Source: Chrysomallon squamiferum (lineage: Eukaryota; Animalia; Mollusca). Taken from it: a DNA stretch of 64,000 nt. Position 1 is the first letter of the stretch. Every line of letters begins with the position of its first letter. A model generated the notes under the pieces. It was given only the letters and a program-made list of their open reading frames with translations. It was not told where the DNA came from and ran no database searches. Where the stretch lies: assembly GCA_012295275.1 (NCBI GenBank), contig CM022670.1, positions 13,950,001 to 14,014,000 on the forward strand, given 5' to 3'. Below, piece after piece: positions 44,789 through 59,098 of this stretch. The position numbers and the translations under genes are program-made.

Positions 44789-46264
44789 CTCTGGACTCCA
44801 GAGCGATGATACCACTGTGTTGGACAAGGGTTTCGTCTTGCTTCGCCATCGTTTCGGTAGAATCTTGTGTCCGGGCGTGGGAGACTTCGCCTTGTTCATG
44901 GCGGCTGTCGTAAAACAAGATGGCAAAAATGGGTAACTAAGAAAACCAAAATCATCTCCATCCTCATCATCACTAAAGTTACAACTAAAAGCGCCTAAGT
45001 CTATTTGCAAGTCAGGAAGAGAACGGTTTCTCTTTCTGAGTTTTTGAGTTAAAGGAATTGAAGCCGGTGCCTGAGTTTGGGTTACGTTTTTAGTCGGCGT
45101 GAAAGTCGCTATCGTACGAACGTTAGTTTCGCTAACTTTTTGAAGGGCGATGTTGTTCATTTCCCGTCTCTGCGACACGGTCTGCTTGCCGTTTTCCATT
45201 GACATATGTCTAGAATACACGGGCGGGGTATTCTCACGTACATGCAAAACACTCGACTCAAAACTACCCCAGGGTACGAACCCGGGGTTGAAACTACCAC
45301 GAGGTGACTTCACACACTGATGGTTGACCGTTCTAGGGATACCCCTGTTTTCACCCTTAATATCCTGGGTGTGGTTGGCCGGGGGCATAGTCCTGAAATC
45401 ACACATAACCTCCTGAAATGGTTTACTTCTAGAAACAGAACATGCATCACGATTCCCGTTTGATTTAGGATTATTTCCCGATTCACATAAGGAATCTGGA
45501 TATCGAAGAATTCTAGAAGCGCTTTTCTGATGAGGACTGATATCTGAATGACGGTCCCTTACATCATCGTCAACACCGTTGTGGTTGTTGTTACTCCTTG
45601 GTAATGTCCATGTTTCAAATGTAGTTTCCGGGCGAACGTTATACTTTGAAACATCATCTAGGTATTCTCCCTTCGATTCAAATTTCTGATCAACTTTTGG
45701 TACAGTCCTAGATGCAAATTTAATATCCGTATGGTCATTCGATCCTGGGACGGCCCAAGACACACATCTGCTTTGGACTGGAACATAATTATAGTCCAGG
45801 GTGACATATTCCTCTTCGTCCACGGACACATTTGTGTTGTCTGTTTTGGGTTCGGGGACAAAAACCGGCACAGCGCGTTCACACCTCAGACTGCTGTCTC
45901 TCAAGTCTGTAGCAGACTGAGACAGACCGTATCCCCGTGGGTCCAAAAGGTTTCCTCTGGGGTCGGGATCCGGATCATTTCCAAAGAAAAAACTAAGTTT
46001 CACAGCGCTGGGGCTCCAAGGGTCTGCGTGAATTCTTGACTGAGAAAAAGTAGGTTGGGTCGGGCTGGACACATTTTTTGTACTGTATCCGTTTGGAATA
46101 TGCAGTTTCGGCCGGTTGTTCATCGCCAGGTTGGGTACTACAACCATTCCGGGTGGATCGGACTTCTCCGAGCGATCAAAAAAGTTTTCTTCGTGTGGTT
46201 TTGACCTCGGAAAAGCATCAACGGTCATACTTTCGCCAGTGTACTCTTTCTGAGCACACAACAT
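44789..46264 (-). CDS. ARHGAP6: ARHGAP6-like RhoGAP, large first coding exon (492 codons; Ser/Pro/Asn-rich, probably disordered N-terminus ending ...PKRWRSKTKPLSNTVVSSLWSPE)
   Basis: The only long ORF in the window (520 aa track ORF), with raised GC. The ATG at 46264 has an in-frame TAG six codons upstream. A perfect donor GAG|gtaagt at 44789/44788 is phase 0, matching the phase-0 acceptor of exon 2. Promoter-like sequence lies directly upstream. Assignment to this gene rests on strand, phase and position. Confidence 0.85.
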
Positions 46265-46439
46265 GGGCAGCCTGAGTAGCTAACACATTCAGTACACATC
46301 CCTCTTATTTTTCCGTTTTAAAATAAGCTTAAACTGTCTCTTTCTTTAAAAAAAAAAACGAAGCAAAAAAAAAAAACACCCTTAACAACATCAAACGCTT
46401 ATACGGAATCCATAGAATATATCGGTCAGCTCAACTGCA

Positions 46440-46660
46440 TTTCCCTCTTACGCTTCCTCCGTTCGTGTCCGACACTCGGGTTGTACGTCAACATACTACC
46501 GCGAATACTACAAGCGTGAACAAGGCGGAGTTACCGCAAGACGTCACACTGCGCCCGCGGCTGATTGGCTGTCGCTGGCGGGAGTTAAATTGAGTGACGT
46601 GGAAAACGGCTCAACACAAGCAAATAGCGACTGGAGGTGCTCGGGTTTGTCGGGGTTTAA
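46440..46660 (-). promoter_or_regulatory. Putative promoter of the long ARHGAP6-like isoform
   Basis: GC/CpG-rich patch 180-400 nt upstream of the ATG. It contains a CCAAT box (ctgattggct, 46561-46570, AGCCAATCAG on the minus strand), CRE/ATF-like sites (tacgtca ~46484, gacgtca ~46540, gtgacgt ~46594) and an E2F/Sp-like ggcgggag (~46578). Confidence 0.6.
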
Positions 46661-47131
46661 CGAATGTTTGAATAACGGATTACTTCTTGTTCATGGTAAA
46701 CTAAGAAATCTATTAGCAATATGTAACGGTCCGATATAGCGTTTTCATTTTTATTTATGTTTTTAAACCCCTTTTTTTTTCAATAACTAGGCACTTTAAT
46801 CTTTATTTAAAACAGTAGCGTCGAGGGAACCGGGGCGAAACAAGCTCGATAGAATTAATCCTTCCCAATCCAGACACTTTTTAATCGGCGTATCCGCAAA
46901 ACATAACAGTGTCTAATTTATTGTTTTGTTTGCGTCAGACCCGTTTTGTCGACCGAGACTTGCTAAGTATGTTATTGTTATTTCCATGCTAATTTATAAA
47001 GTACACTAAGGTTGGACGTCACCTTCTAATTGAGAAATATTTCTTTTGATGTCACTGAGATTCCGATATACATAGTTACTCTATTAATAAATAAAGGTAC
47101 GTTTACTGTAAGTCAAGGTCGTATATGTATG

Positions 47132-47237
<106 letters not shown>

Positions 47238-47372
47238 ACACATAGACACACACACGCACGTACACAGTACAACATAATCATTACCACAATGATTTTAATG
47301 AAATCATATTATACTATCAATCATTATGACATAAGAGAAAAAATGTACTAATTTATCTTTTAAATTTGTGAT

Positions 47373-47403
<31 letters not shown>

Positions 47404-47801
47404 GTAAGAAGAAGAATACATATCATAATTATACACCTTAGACTAAACTGATATATATTTTAAAACAATAAAATTAGGTGTCAATAATGAATGAATAAAC
47501 GAACGTTTTAACATTAACGGTTATTACATTTTCTAACACACAGTTTTTATACACTCATGAATTGAGAGGCGAAACCTTCTGCCGTTACTCTAACAATTAC
47601 TTTTAGCAAAAATTACTTTCCCATAAACAGTAAAACACACAATGGCTGGATCGGGAAATAACAATACTAGTACGTATAGTTAGTCAGAGAAATTATTACC
47701 ACAAGTTCAGTCCTAATCTGTTATTTCAGTTTCCGTTTAGCAATGTTTAACTGATGTTCCAAAGACGTTAAATCTATATATTTATGTATGTATGTATATA
47801 T

Positions 47802-47867
<66 letters not shown>

Positions 47868-50800
47868 CTGTCTTAGTTTTCGGAATGTGGATTATCCAGG
47901 ATTCTGTGATCCTAATCGAAATGAAGGGTTCGTTATTTGTTAAACTTTCGTTTTCGTTTTATTTGTTCTCTGGCTGTTTGTTAGTTCGTTTGTTCGTGTG
48001 TAGGGGTGGGGGTTGGTGGATGGGGTGAGTATTTGTGTGCAGATGTTTGTGGTGTTTGTGTATGTATGTTTTGAGAAAACCATTTAAAACCATCCCTATT
48101 GATGACAGTGATTCAGATGAATGTACGTATGTGTAGATTAACGAACATATATTTAACAACATCCACTAACACTAACTGTTATCACTGAAATAACCGGCGC
48201 CGTTGATGAAGTAAACAGCTTTGGGATCCGGTTGGAACGGGGGAAAAAACAGCATAACCGGCGGCGCAGAGAATGATTTATTCAGCAATCTAATGAAGTA
48301 AACACTGGCATTCTACCACTGAACTAAAGCTCGCTTCCCGCCCTGTAGAAGAGGAGTTACATTTTAGCAACAGCTGCGAATAACAAGGTTAGAACGAGTA
48401 AGTGATTAGAAATATAATTATCATTTTATTTCGTGATGACTTCGCGACTGCTGTATCGAACAGTTTGATTGGTTGTTTTCTAGATCGTCAGCTGTTTCCT
48501 CTTCACCTGTATCTTTTTGAAATAAGCAGGACAGAAAAACACAATAATTGAATAGTAAATTAAAAGGTGGGAAAGATAAATAAATAAATAGTGGAATATC
48601 AACAACAACAACTACTACAGCAAAAATAATAATAACAGGAGTAGTAGTATAATAGCTAGGAATAGTAGTAGTAGCTGCTGTCGCCATATAAATAGTAATG
48701 GCTGTTTGTTTTATTTCTTAATTAACAAGTAGTGTTTTATGCCACACACACACACACACACACACATTGAATATATAAGGATGGATGGCTATATATTTTT
48801 ATAAGTTTTGTAACATTTTTATTGCATTGGTTTCCACTGGACGCTTCAGATAAATAAACAATAATACATCATAATTCAGTGACTTTCTCTTTCATTTACA
48901 GTTACTCGATAAGCATTTAGGAGGCAAAAATTAAATAAATCTATACCAAAACAAATAAAACTAGTTAGTTTCTGCAGTGGTGTTTAAAAAATAATAATAA
49001 TAATAATAAAATAAATGCAAACAAAATTTCTATTTTAAAAAGCAGGATGTTAAAAAATTTATTATTTAATGTTATATTGAAAAAAAAAAAAAAAATTGAA
49101 ATAACAAAATAACCAATTATTATTTATAACGATAAGAACACAACGGTAGATTAAAATATGTTATTTAATATCATATACAAAAATAACATAAAAGAAAAGA
49201 AAAAACAACAACTAAAAAAAAAAAATAAATTATATATATATATAAAAAGAAAGAAAAAAAAACACACACACAAAAAAACAACAAAAAATCATTCCAAAAC
49301 CCCCAGAAAAAAACATACAGACAGCTACAACAAACAAACAAAACAAAATAATGAAAGATTAATATAAAAAAATGTTTTATATCAGCGGCACTACATAGCT
49401 TATAAAACTGACAATTTAACAGAAAATCGAAATGAACTGAAACATGAAAAAGACCAATACAAAAAGCTCTATTAAATACACCTCTTTATCACGCGCAAAG
49501 CGCACACGTAAACAGACTGACACAATAAACAAAAGAACCCAGCACAAGACTCGGATAAGTAGTCAAGCCACATAGGACGTTTTAACTACCCGTTATAGTT
49601 TTGCTCTCGCTTGTTTTCGTACGCTTACAAAACAATTGTAAAAAGCATGGCACACTGCCAATATATGGAGTCAGTCATATATATATACACGTTTCGTATT
49701 ACATATATTAAACAGATATAGTATACATTACAATGAGGTCTTGATAAAAGCTTCGCAGATCACCAAGTATCAACAAATATAAATATTGAATACATTAACC
49801 CACATTTTTTTTTCTTCTTTATTGTAAATAGATAGGATATTGTGTTATGATTACTTTTTTGAAAGTTTTACTACGTGCTTGAAAAAAAGATATGAAATAA
49901 AAACACATGTTTATATGCATCACTGAATATGTATATATGTATGTGTGTAAGTAGGTATGTATGTAAGTACGTATGTAGATATGTATGTATGTATGTATGT
50001 ATGCATGTATGTATGCATGCATGTGTGTGTATATATGTATGCATGTATATATTTGTATATATTAGTATATGTATGTATATGTGTGCATATGTGTGCAGGT
50101 ATGTGCAGGCATGTGCAGGAAATATTTTGTTTTGAAAATTTTGATTAGAGATAATTGTTAATAATAACAGCAAATTATGCGATACATTTTAAAAAAGTAT
50201 ATTGATTTGTTACGAAATTCAGAACAAAACGTTTAAAGGTATATGATTATGTAAAATGTGCAAAGCATTCTTTTATTCAGAGAAACGGACGATTACAGGA
50301 ACAACTGAATATAGCCAGACAGACGCAGTGCGTAATAATTACCAGGATACGTAATATAGACACTAAACAGACGCGTGTGTGTACACACACACGCAATTAC
50401 TTGCATACATATATTTTAATTGATTTTTTCGGAATTTAAATACTTATTATTATTATCCTGTGCTCAGTGACATCTCAACGTCAGGTAAATTAACAAGTAT
50501 GTACCTGAGCAAGTGTCCTGTAGATTTACGGTGTGGACAATACTTATTTATCTGGCGTCCAGCGGTTTTGTTGACCAACATTATCGTTAGTTTAATGCAG
50601 CTAATTTTCAAGTACAGTGTACTTGTCAAGCCTGGCGGTGAACTATCCTTTAATTACACACACACACACAGCCCTTCAGCGAAGGCTATTAATAATGTTA
50701 ATATTTGTCGTAGTAGATAAAATAATTTTAATTTTTAACCTTGATGGTCACTGCGTGTTAAACATCGTAATCAAGCGGAGCTGTAGGCAACGTAATGTTT

Positions 50801-52038
50801 GTGAATTTGTGCGTAAGCGTGCGTACTTGAGTGTCTGTGAACTTGTATACGTATTATCGTGTTTTGTGCGTAAGAGTCTGGGAAAATATAATAATAATAA
50901 TAAAAATAATATAAGTAAAAAAAAAAAAAAAAAAAAACGCCAACATGAATAATTTTGTTTTCTTTATTAAAGTATTTTTATGTATTATAATCATTTGTAC
51001 AATAGTGCATATGTGTGTGTATATGTGTGTGTGTGCGTGTGCGCGCGTATGCGTCCACGTGTAGGTCCATGTGTACGTCCGTGTGTTCGTTCGTGTGTGT
51101 GTGTGTGTGAGTGTGTTTGTGTGTGTGTGTATGGTAAATAAATATTGCCTTAAAACATACAGACAAGATAATATTTTGATCCAGCTAAATATTTAACGTA
51201 TTGTGGAAGAACATTTCTGCGAATTCCAGTTATTTATATCTACGTATGTCTTTCTTTTTTTTTTAATTTCATTTTAAATTGTACATCATTAAACCCGTTT
51301 TCCTTCTTATTCACACTAGGTGTATTACAAAAATAATATTGAAACAATTCATCACAGTTAATCCGATAATCCTAAACTGTCCTCGGAGAATTTCAGCAAT
51401 TAATTACCAACCATTGTCTTAAATTCATTTTTTTCTCATGACCAAAGCGGATATGTTTTTGTAGCGGTGTTTTTCTTCCTTGTATTTGTTGTTGACGTCA
51501 TCGGCTCCAGTCGAGAAAGATTTAGAAATTTGTTTTTTTCTTTGTTGGTACAATAATTTATTATTAAAGACAGTAAGGAAAACATATAATTCTGTTTATT
51601 AGTAAAACTAACACGGAAGAAACAATCGAATAAAACTCGCAGTAGTAGGCTTTGACGTAACAAATAGTCGCAGTAGACGTAAACGAACTCAAAGGGAAGT
51701 GAAAGGGTAGTAACACGACTGAATGAAACAGTTTAAAGGTAACAAACGTTTCTTTCAAGACAATTAAAAATTAGTGGTTACTGTTTATTTATTTATTTAT
51801 TTATAACGTAGTTAAATAAAATGAAAAATAAAATTCACTATAGCCATTTCAGATTAGCAAAGGGATTATTTTAGATGCAATAAAGCTTAAATTAGAAGTC
51901 CAAAGAAAAAAGAAAGAAAAAAATAGAAAACAGAAAACAAACAAATAAATAACAAAACAAAATTAAATTAAAATGTACTGAAACAGAGAAATATATTATA
52001 AAATAAAAATATAAATGAAATGAATTAAATATAAAAAT

Positions 52039-52107
<69 letters not shown>

Positions 52108-53183
52108 GTAATAGTAATAATAGAATAGAATAGAACAGAACATAACAGAATAGAATAAAATAAAAATAAAATTCCCACACTATTCATTACGAAACACTAC
52201 GCAGGCTACAGAAAGTTTATCAACGTGTTATAATTAGAGTCTGTTAGTGGCACTTAAACTTAGCTTTCTGAGATTAAAACAATAACATCTTCTTTGTAAC
52301 GCCCAAATGGCATTCCAAAGCTAGCAAAGCGGCTCAAATTAAGTAATTATACGTACAGGACGCAACACCCTTCAATCGACCTCTGATTTCAGAGTCAGGA
52401 ATTCCCAACAAATTGTTTTCTGCAAAACCGAGATAACAGGATTCAAAGAAAAGTAAGACGTAGAAAAAAAGAAAGAAAATGGTGATAAAAAATCACTTCA
52501 CAGTAAATTTTTCATGGATACAAATATTATTGTGGAGAATTGTTGTATCGATGAAATGGCTTTATAGATACAGATACGTTATCGAAACTAAAAACAAAGA
52601 AGAAATATGTATTGTATCAGTTTTACTTATATTCTGCTATCTGTACTTTTGTTAATTCGATTATGACTACTATTACACTAAAAAAAAACCACAAAGAAAA
52701 ACCCCCAAAAACAAAAAACAAAACGCACCAAACAACCCAAATACCCATCTGCTAACGCCATTATTTCTGCAGCTACTACTGTTACTACTATTACAATTAC
52801 TACTACCTCTTTCTTTGTTGCTACTATTACGATAACGGATGTTTCTTCTATCACTGTCTTTACTGCAGCTGTTATTGCAATCACTAATACTGTATACATG
52901 TACGTTATTATTATTATTATTATTTAATATTATAATTAGAGCCATTCCTACTATTATTATAAGCACTACCTTCACTAACTTGAGAGAGAGACAGAGAAGA
53001 AGACAGAGAGAGAGTCTGAAAAGGAAATATGGAAAACAGTTATTTCATACAAACGAAGAAAAACAAACAAGCAAATAAATAAAATAAACAAAAATAAATA
53101 TGTAAATAAATGAATGAATGAATAAATAAATAAATAAATAATTGAATAATTATTTTGTTTATATATTTAAAATTAAAATAGAA

Positions 53184-53215
<32 letters not shown>

Positions 53216-53577
53216 ATTGATGAGAAAGATAAAAGGAAGAAACGTCGTGCAAGTAAGGCGAACGGAGTTATTTCCCTTACCGTCATACGAAAGCAGTGCG
53301 TATCTTGGAAACTAGCATTGATGACGTACTGTAATTATATATTCATGACGTTGTGTTTTGTGAAAAGCCAAGTTCAGAAAAATAAGTACATATTTATTTG
53401 TTTATTTGTCTGTCTGTTTGACTATTAATTTTATTATTTTTTTATTTTAATTTTATTTAACTGCTAATCTATTATATGTCTAAAAGATAAAGACGTGACA
53501 GTAAAGATACAATGTGTTACTAAAATTATAATTAATCAGTATCTGCTGGATATATATTTTTTCTGTATATTTTTTCT

Positions 53578-53705
53578 TAAAAAGGGATCCCTTGTTATTA
53601 GTCAGTAATAGCTAACAGATCATAGTTTGCGAGTTTCCTCACACATAACAGATAACTCTGCGGACATATAAAAGCCGTTAAATTCAGTGATGAAGTAAAA
53701 TACGT
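53578..53705 (+). mobile_element. Decayed 3' half of the same SINE family
   Basis: aaagggatcccttgttattagtc...gcgagtttcctc is the reverse-orientation equivalent of the core and downstream block seen in the other copies. Confidence 0.4.
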
Positions 53706-53830
53706 TATATTTTCAAGGACTGACTATAAATATTAAAATCATAATATGTATTATAGTTATTCTTTTCTGACATTTTTCATTCAAAAATAACCAATTACAT
53801 AATCAGATATGTGCATTAAATATTATTTTT

Positions 53831-53831
<1 letters not shown>

Positions 53832-53909
<78 letters not shown>
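53832..53909. repeat. (GT)n(GA)n microsatellite
   Basis: Directly visible. Confidence 0.95.
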
Positions 53910-53913
<4 letters not shown>

Positions 53914-54352
53914 TGATAAGATAAAAATAATGATAATCAAGATGAAAATGACAAAAAGAAAAAGAAGAAAACAAAAGAAAAAAAAGGATGTGGTAATGAC
54001 TACTAAACAAAACTGCTACTGTATTTTGAAATTAGTAACACGTTATCAGTTTTTGGAAAGTTTTGATTCCACTGCACTAAACCAGACAGATACCGCGCAT
54101 GCGCTGGTACCACCCAGACGATGTGTTTACTGTTAGTGGCTAACATCGTTCATTACCTGACAAATGTAGACATTAGATGTGAGGTTAGCAAACATACGGC
54201 AGTTCAGGGAAAAACATGCATGCCTAAGTGAATTTATAAACCAGACTGACTGTGCAGTTAGCGATAAATTAATACTCCGAACAAAGGTATAGAAGAAGAG
54301 GCAGATAGATCCATAAGTGTATATCCTTATGACAACGTTTTAGAAACACATC

Positions 54353-54545
<193 letters not shown>

Positions 54546-56258
54546 GGTATGATGAATGTTTATTTCTGAATGCATTAAATATATTCACCAAATCACACAA
54601 TAGGACTATTATTTTCACTTGTAAAAGGCTTTCATTTTCATGTAGGTTTCCCCACTCAAGGTTACTACGAACTGACCACATTACATGTCTGCCCAAAATG
54701 TATAATGTAATTACAAACAAATGTGAGACTTCAATTAAATAGTTGTCTGAACATTTATCTGTCAATGGTATTCTGTTTGAAAAATGTTATTCCATTGCCT
54801 TTGACAGGAAACAGCCCTACAAAACTTCACAACTTTAAAAGCGGGACTTTTCAGCACCACACATTTGATTTGATTATGCTGATGTTTGAAACTTAACTTT
54901 TAACTTGGAACGTTTTGAAAGAACGTCCAGACGTCTGTTTGAGATATTTTAATTTGGAATCATCCAGTCTGCTTCTCACACTGACAGGATACTTGGCGAA
55001 GAGTTCAGCGCCAAAGTCAGGTGCCGATCCAGAGATGATGGTGGTTAGAGGGGTAAATGTACCAGATAGTCACACGTCTACAAGAAAATGTCTAATTTTT
55101 AAAATAATTATTTATATATATATATATATGTATGTATGTCAGAAGAAAACGAAATATTTGCTTCTTGTTGTAAGAACTTTAAGCTGCACGAAAAGAAAAT
55201 TATTAAAGAGTCGATAAAATTAAATAAAAAACAACAAACAAGAGAACGCTTCTCAAACTATAGGCTTTGTGTCGAAACTGTGCGGACTGTAAGCTTTTGG
55301 GAAGCAAGAAATTGTTTCCTGTAAAGGATACGTCAATAGATAAAAGTATGATATAAAAAGAAGACAATGAAGAAGAAGAAGGATGCAGTAAAAAACAAAC
55401 AAAAAAACAATCAAAAACGAAGCAACCCAAAATACCCCCCCAAAAACCCATTGCTGACAAAAAAGAATACAATTAAGATTTGTTCTATTAAACGATGCAA
55501 CAAAAGCATACTAAATTATTTATCATCCGGTATTAAACTTTTGATACTTCTTTCGCATATACGTATATTTTCAGATAAACGAGTAACAAGTGTTTCAAAC
55601 AAAGTGTTTCAAACGATAGCAGAAAATATCGCGATAGGTATACTCTATGCAAAACTAATCTTGTAACCAGTCATATTACATGTAAGCGTTCTAATTTAAA
55701 GCAAGAACATCGCAGAAGAAACAGAACAAGAAAAAAAGCAAAGGATAAAGAAGAAAAAAAAGGGGGAAAAAGGATGATGATGGTAATGACGACGAAGCTG
55801 ATGATACTGATGATGATGTTTATGATGTCAATGAAGATGATAATAATTGTATTGATGTTGATAACGACGTCGACGAAAAAGAAGAATTGACAAAGCAAAA
55901 AAAAAAAACGATTTAGGAAATTAAGAAAAAAGCTCTGGGACCACCCTGTAGACCCATCAGTGGTGTAAAAAGAGATGGATTGTTTCTGAGCGTTCTCCTG
56001 TAGTGTGAAGTGTTGGGTGACTGACAGACACAAGTATAGAGGTAACTTGGTTACAGCGTCAAGAGTATCTTCGTGAACCTATTGCACTTTTAGGTAAATC
56101 GCGCAGTACCGTTTTGTTCGGAATTGTAATAAATTCAAGGCCAACTGTTTCTGATTTATACGATATTCTCGCAAAGCTGTGTAGAGAGACTGCTTTGAGA
56201 AAGCGAAGAAAGAAAAAATCTTGTGAAACTAAATAAAGGTATTTTGTGCTGCACTAAA

Positions 56259-56301
<43 letters not shown>

Positions 56302-56810
56302 AAAAAAAAAAATTAAGGCTGGAAAGAAAGGAAATTAAAATAAAATAAATAGGAACAAAAATAATAATAAATAAATAATTAAATAAATAAATAGACGAGA
56401 AAGTTAACAGAAAAAATACACCACACAAAATAAATAAATAAATAAATAAAATAAAGAAAAAGAAAGGAAAAGGAAAGAAAGAACTAAGGTATCAAAAGAT
56501 AGAAGAAACAGAGAGATATCTACGACGACGACAACAACAACGAGCCAGAAAACTTTACCTCCTAATTGTCGAATATCTTTAATCACATTCTTTATAAATC
56601 AGTCAGTCACACCCATTTTAATTAGGAATGTGCGTCTGTCTCTGCCTGTGTGTGTGTGTGTGTTTGTATACGTATGAAATGTATATGTACGCATATTTGT
56701 ATGTACGTGTGTATGTGTGTGTATGTGTGTGTATGTATGTATGTATCTATGTATGTTCGTATGGTCTTTGATATATGCATGTGCATATAAATATTTGTGT
56801 GTGTCTCTGC

Positions 56811-56898
56811 ACAACACTATGTGACGAAATAGATACACTAACGAAATCTCGTACAAAGCAGCTGCCATTTAATCAATAATTTCTCAGTAAGTAGAATT
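56811..56898 (+). repeat. Copy 1 of a dispersed ~90-bp direct duplication (copy 2 at 60453-60546)
   Basis: acaacactatgtgacgaaatagatacactaacgaaatctcgtacaaagcagctgccatttaatcaataatttctcagtaagtagaatt. Confidence 0.85.
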
Positions 56899-58154
56899 AG
56901 ATTTATGCCAGTAATACAGACGTGAAAAAACATGACATCAGACTTCGTATAATGTATTTTCAAAAAAACAGTTTGGTTTACTCTGTTTACCTTTACGGAG
57001 GAACTGGTTCACACAAACAGATGAAAGATATGTCATAACATCTAATCCATCCATCGTTGTTTCTCCCATCCCAGGTAATGGATAGGAGCACAATGCAAAG
57101 AAAAAAACTGAAAACAATCGAGTCGAATCTGCCTATTAAAGACACAGTGACCTGTATCTTATGAGTAAACATATTAGTTGTACTGAAAACAATTTATGTT
57201 GGCAGATAAACAAAGGGGAAGAAAGTGTTACACGTGTACCGATTGAATACTGTAATTGTCTACATTCCAGTGGTTAATAGTGATGTAAAGGTGCAGAGAG
57301 AAAAAGAGAAACAAATAATAAAAACCTGCTCAAACTAAGCACATTTCTCGTACATACTATGTGTAACTGGCTTTTAGTACAAACAAAACATTTTATTAAT
57401 TAACAATGCTTTGACCTTCATGCACCTGGAAACTTCTACGGGAGCGACTGGTTAGTGTAACAGACTAGAAGAAGTTGAATCAGAAGAATTGGTTGAAGAT
57501 GATGTTTGTTAAAACATTAATCATAGTTGAGAATAAAATAAATCAAACAAGTCAAATAATAATAATCATAATGATGATGATGATGACGATAATGACGATG
57601 ATGATGATGATGATGATAATAATAATAATTATTTTATTATTATAAAGAAATAGGAAAAACTGCTGCTGGTGATGTTGAATATGATGATGTTGATAATGAA
57701 GACGATCATGAGAATTATGATGATAATCATGATGGTTATAATGGAAACAACAAATAACAGTAAAATGGAATGAAAGTTTGTTCGACTATAAGTCAGTATA
57801 GTAAATTATTGATGTAACCATAATGTGAGCTAAGTTAAATAATTCAGTACTAGTAAAATGCACTAGCAGTCGATGCTGCCAGGCCATTAGCTACTGTTAC
57901 TGAAATATACACACAATCTCATGCGCAGGAAAGCACTTAACACGACCTTTCACAGTCGGAAAACAGTCCTGTAGAATGGCTTCGAGAAGAATGGATCCTA
58001 CAGACCAGCGTACTTCAGTTCTGGGATCTAATCACTGAACTGTAGTTTTCATCCATGCCGTTTTGAAATGATTAACTAAAAATATACAACATTCGCAGGA
58101 AGTAAATTAGTATGGCAGTAAGATCGAATCAACTTGCAGAGGACAAGAAACAAA

Positions 58155-58257
<103 letters not shown>

Positions 58258-58804
58258 GTCGGTTGCTAGTGAATTATTTAACTTAGCTCCATCTTACACG
58301 AGAACACATATGTTTAATGTTTCAGTTGCGGAGCACTAGGTAGAACGGAAAATAATCTCATGATAGACGATTCAAGAAGCGATCGTGCTCATTTACCTTT
58401 AGAAGTGTATTTTCAGTACCGTGAAACAATCTCAGTAACTATTATTTCGATTCTACAGTCTATATTTCTCCTTAGTCTGATCATAATTACATACCGAAAG
58501 TCCTTTGGTTTACATGGCTTGAAACATTGTTATGTGTGTGGCATAAATTAGGAACAGTATAGGAATTTAATAATATATGGACATGAGCAAAGGAATTTTA
58601 TCTCTTTCTTTGAGTTAAAAAAAAAAAAATTGAAATCTGAAAAGAGGCATTCACGGTAAACCGTTTTAACGGCAGTTTCTGAGTCATGTTATGATTCATA
58701 ACAATGTAATGATTTTGAAACTAAATGAATCATAGAAGTTTCCTTCAAAAACACAGCTATTATTTCACTTGTGGTATTCTCCAGAGACATAAACGGACTC
58801 AAAT

Positions 58805-59098
58805 ACTGTTTAACAATATTTTATCTGGTACCAGTCATATTTTCTTATAGTTATAAAGAATACCCCCCCCCCCAAAAAAAAAAAAAAAAAAAAAAAATAA
58901 TAAAACTTGCTGTCACCACAGAATAGACTATTTTTTCACACTCAGCAGTAAAAATATTTTATTTACCTACCCCAAAACGTACCACATATTTAATAAACCA
59001 GTTAAATAGCGCTGACAGGGAAGGGAGGAACTCAAAAGGGGACATCAAATGGGATCGATCCTGAATCCTATACCGTCTGCTCTATGCTGTCCATTTCC
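58805..59098 (-). mobile_element. Decayed SINE, same family, interrupted by poly(C)/poly(A)
   Basis: aaaacttgctgtcaccacagaatagactattttt...cagcagtaaaaatattttat...taccacatatttaataaaccagt...gggatcgatcc, with a B-box-like end. Confidence 0.55.

Noticed and set aside
53262-53300. Minus-strand ATG ACG|gtaagg, a possible phase-0 alternative first exon
   Set aside because: Only two codons and no supporting promoter. The overlapping ggagttatttccctt resembles a common repeat terminus.
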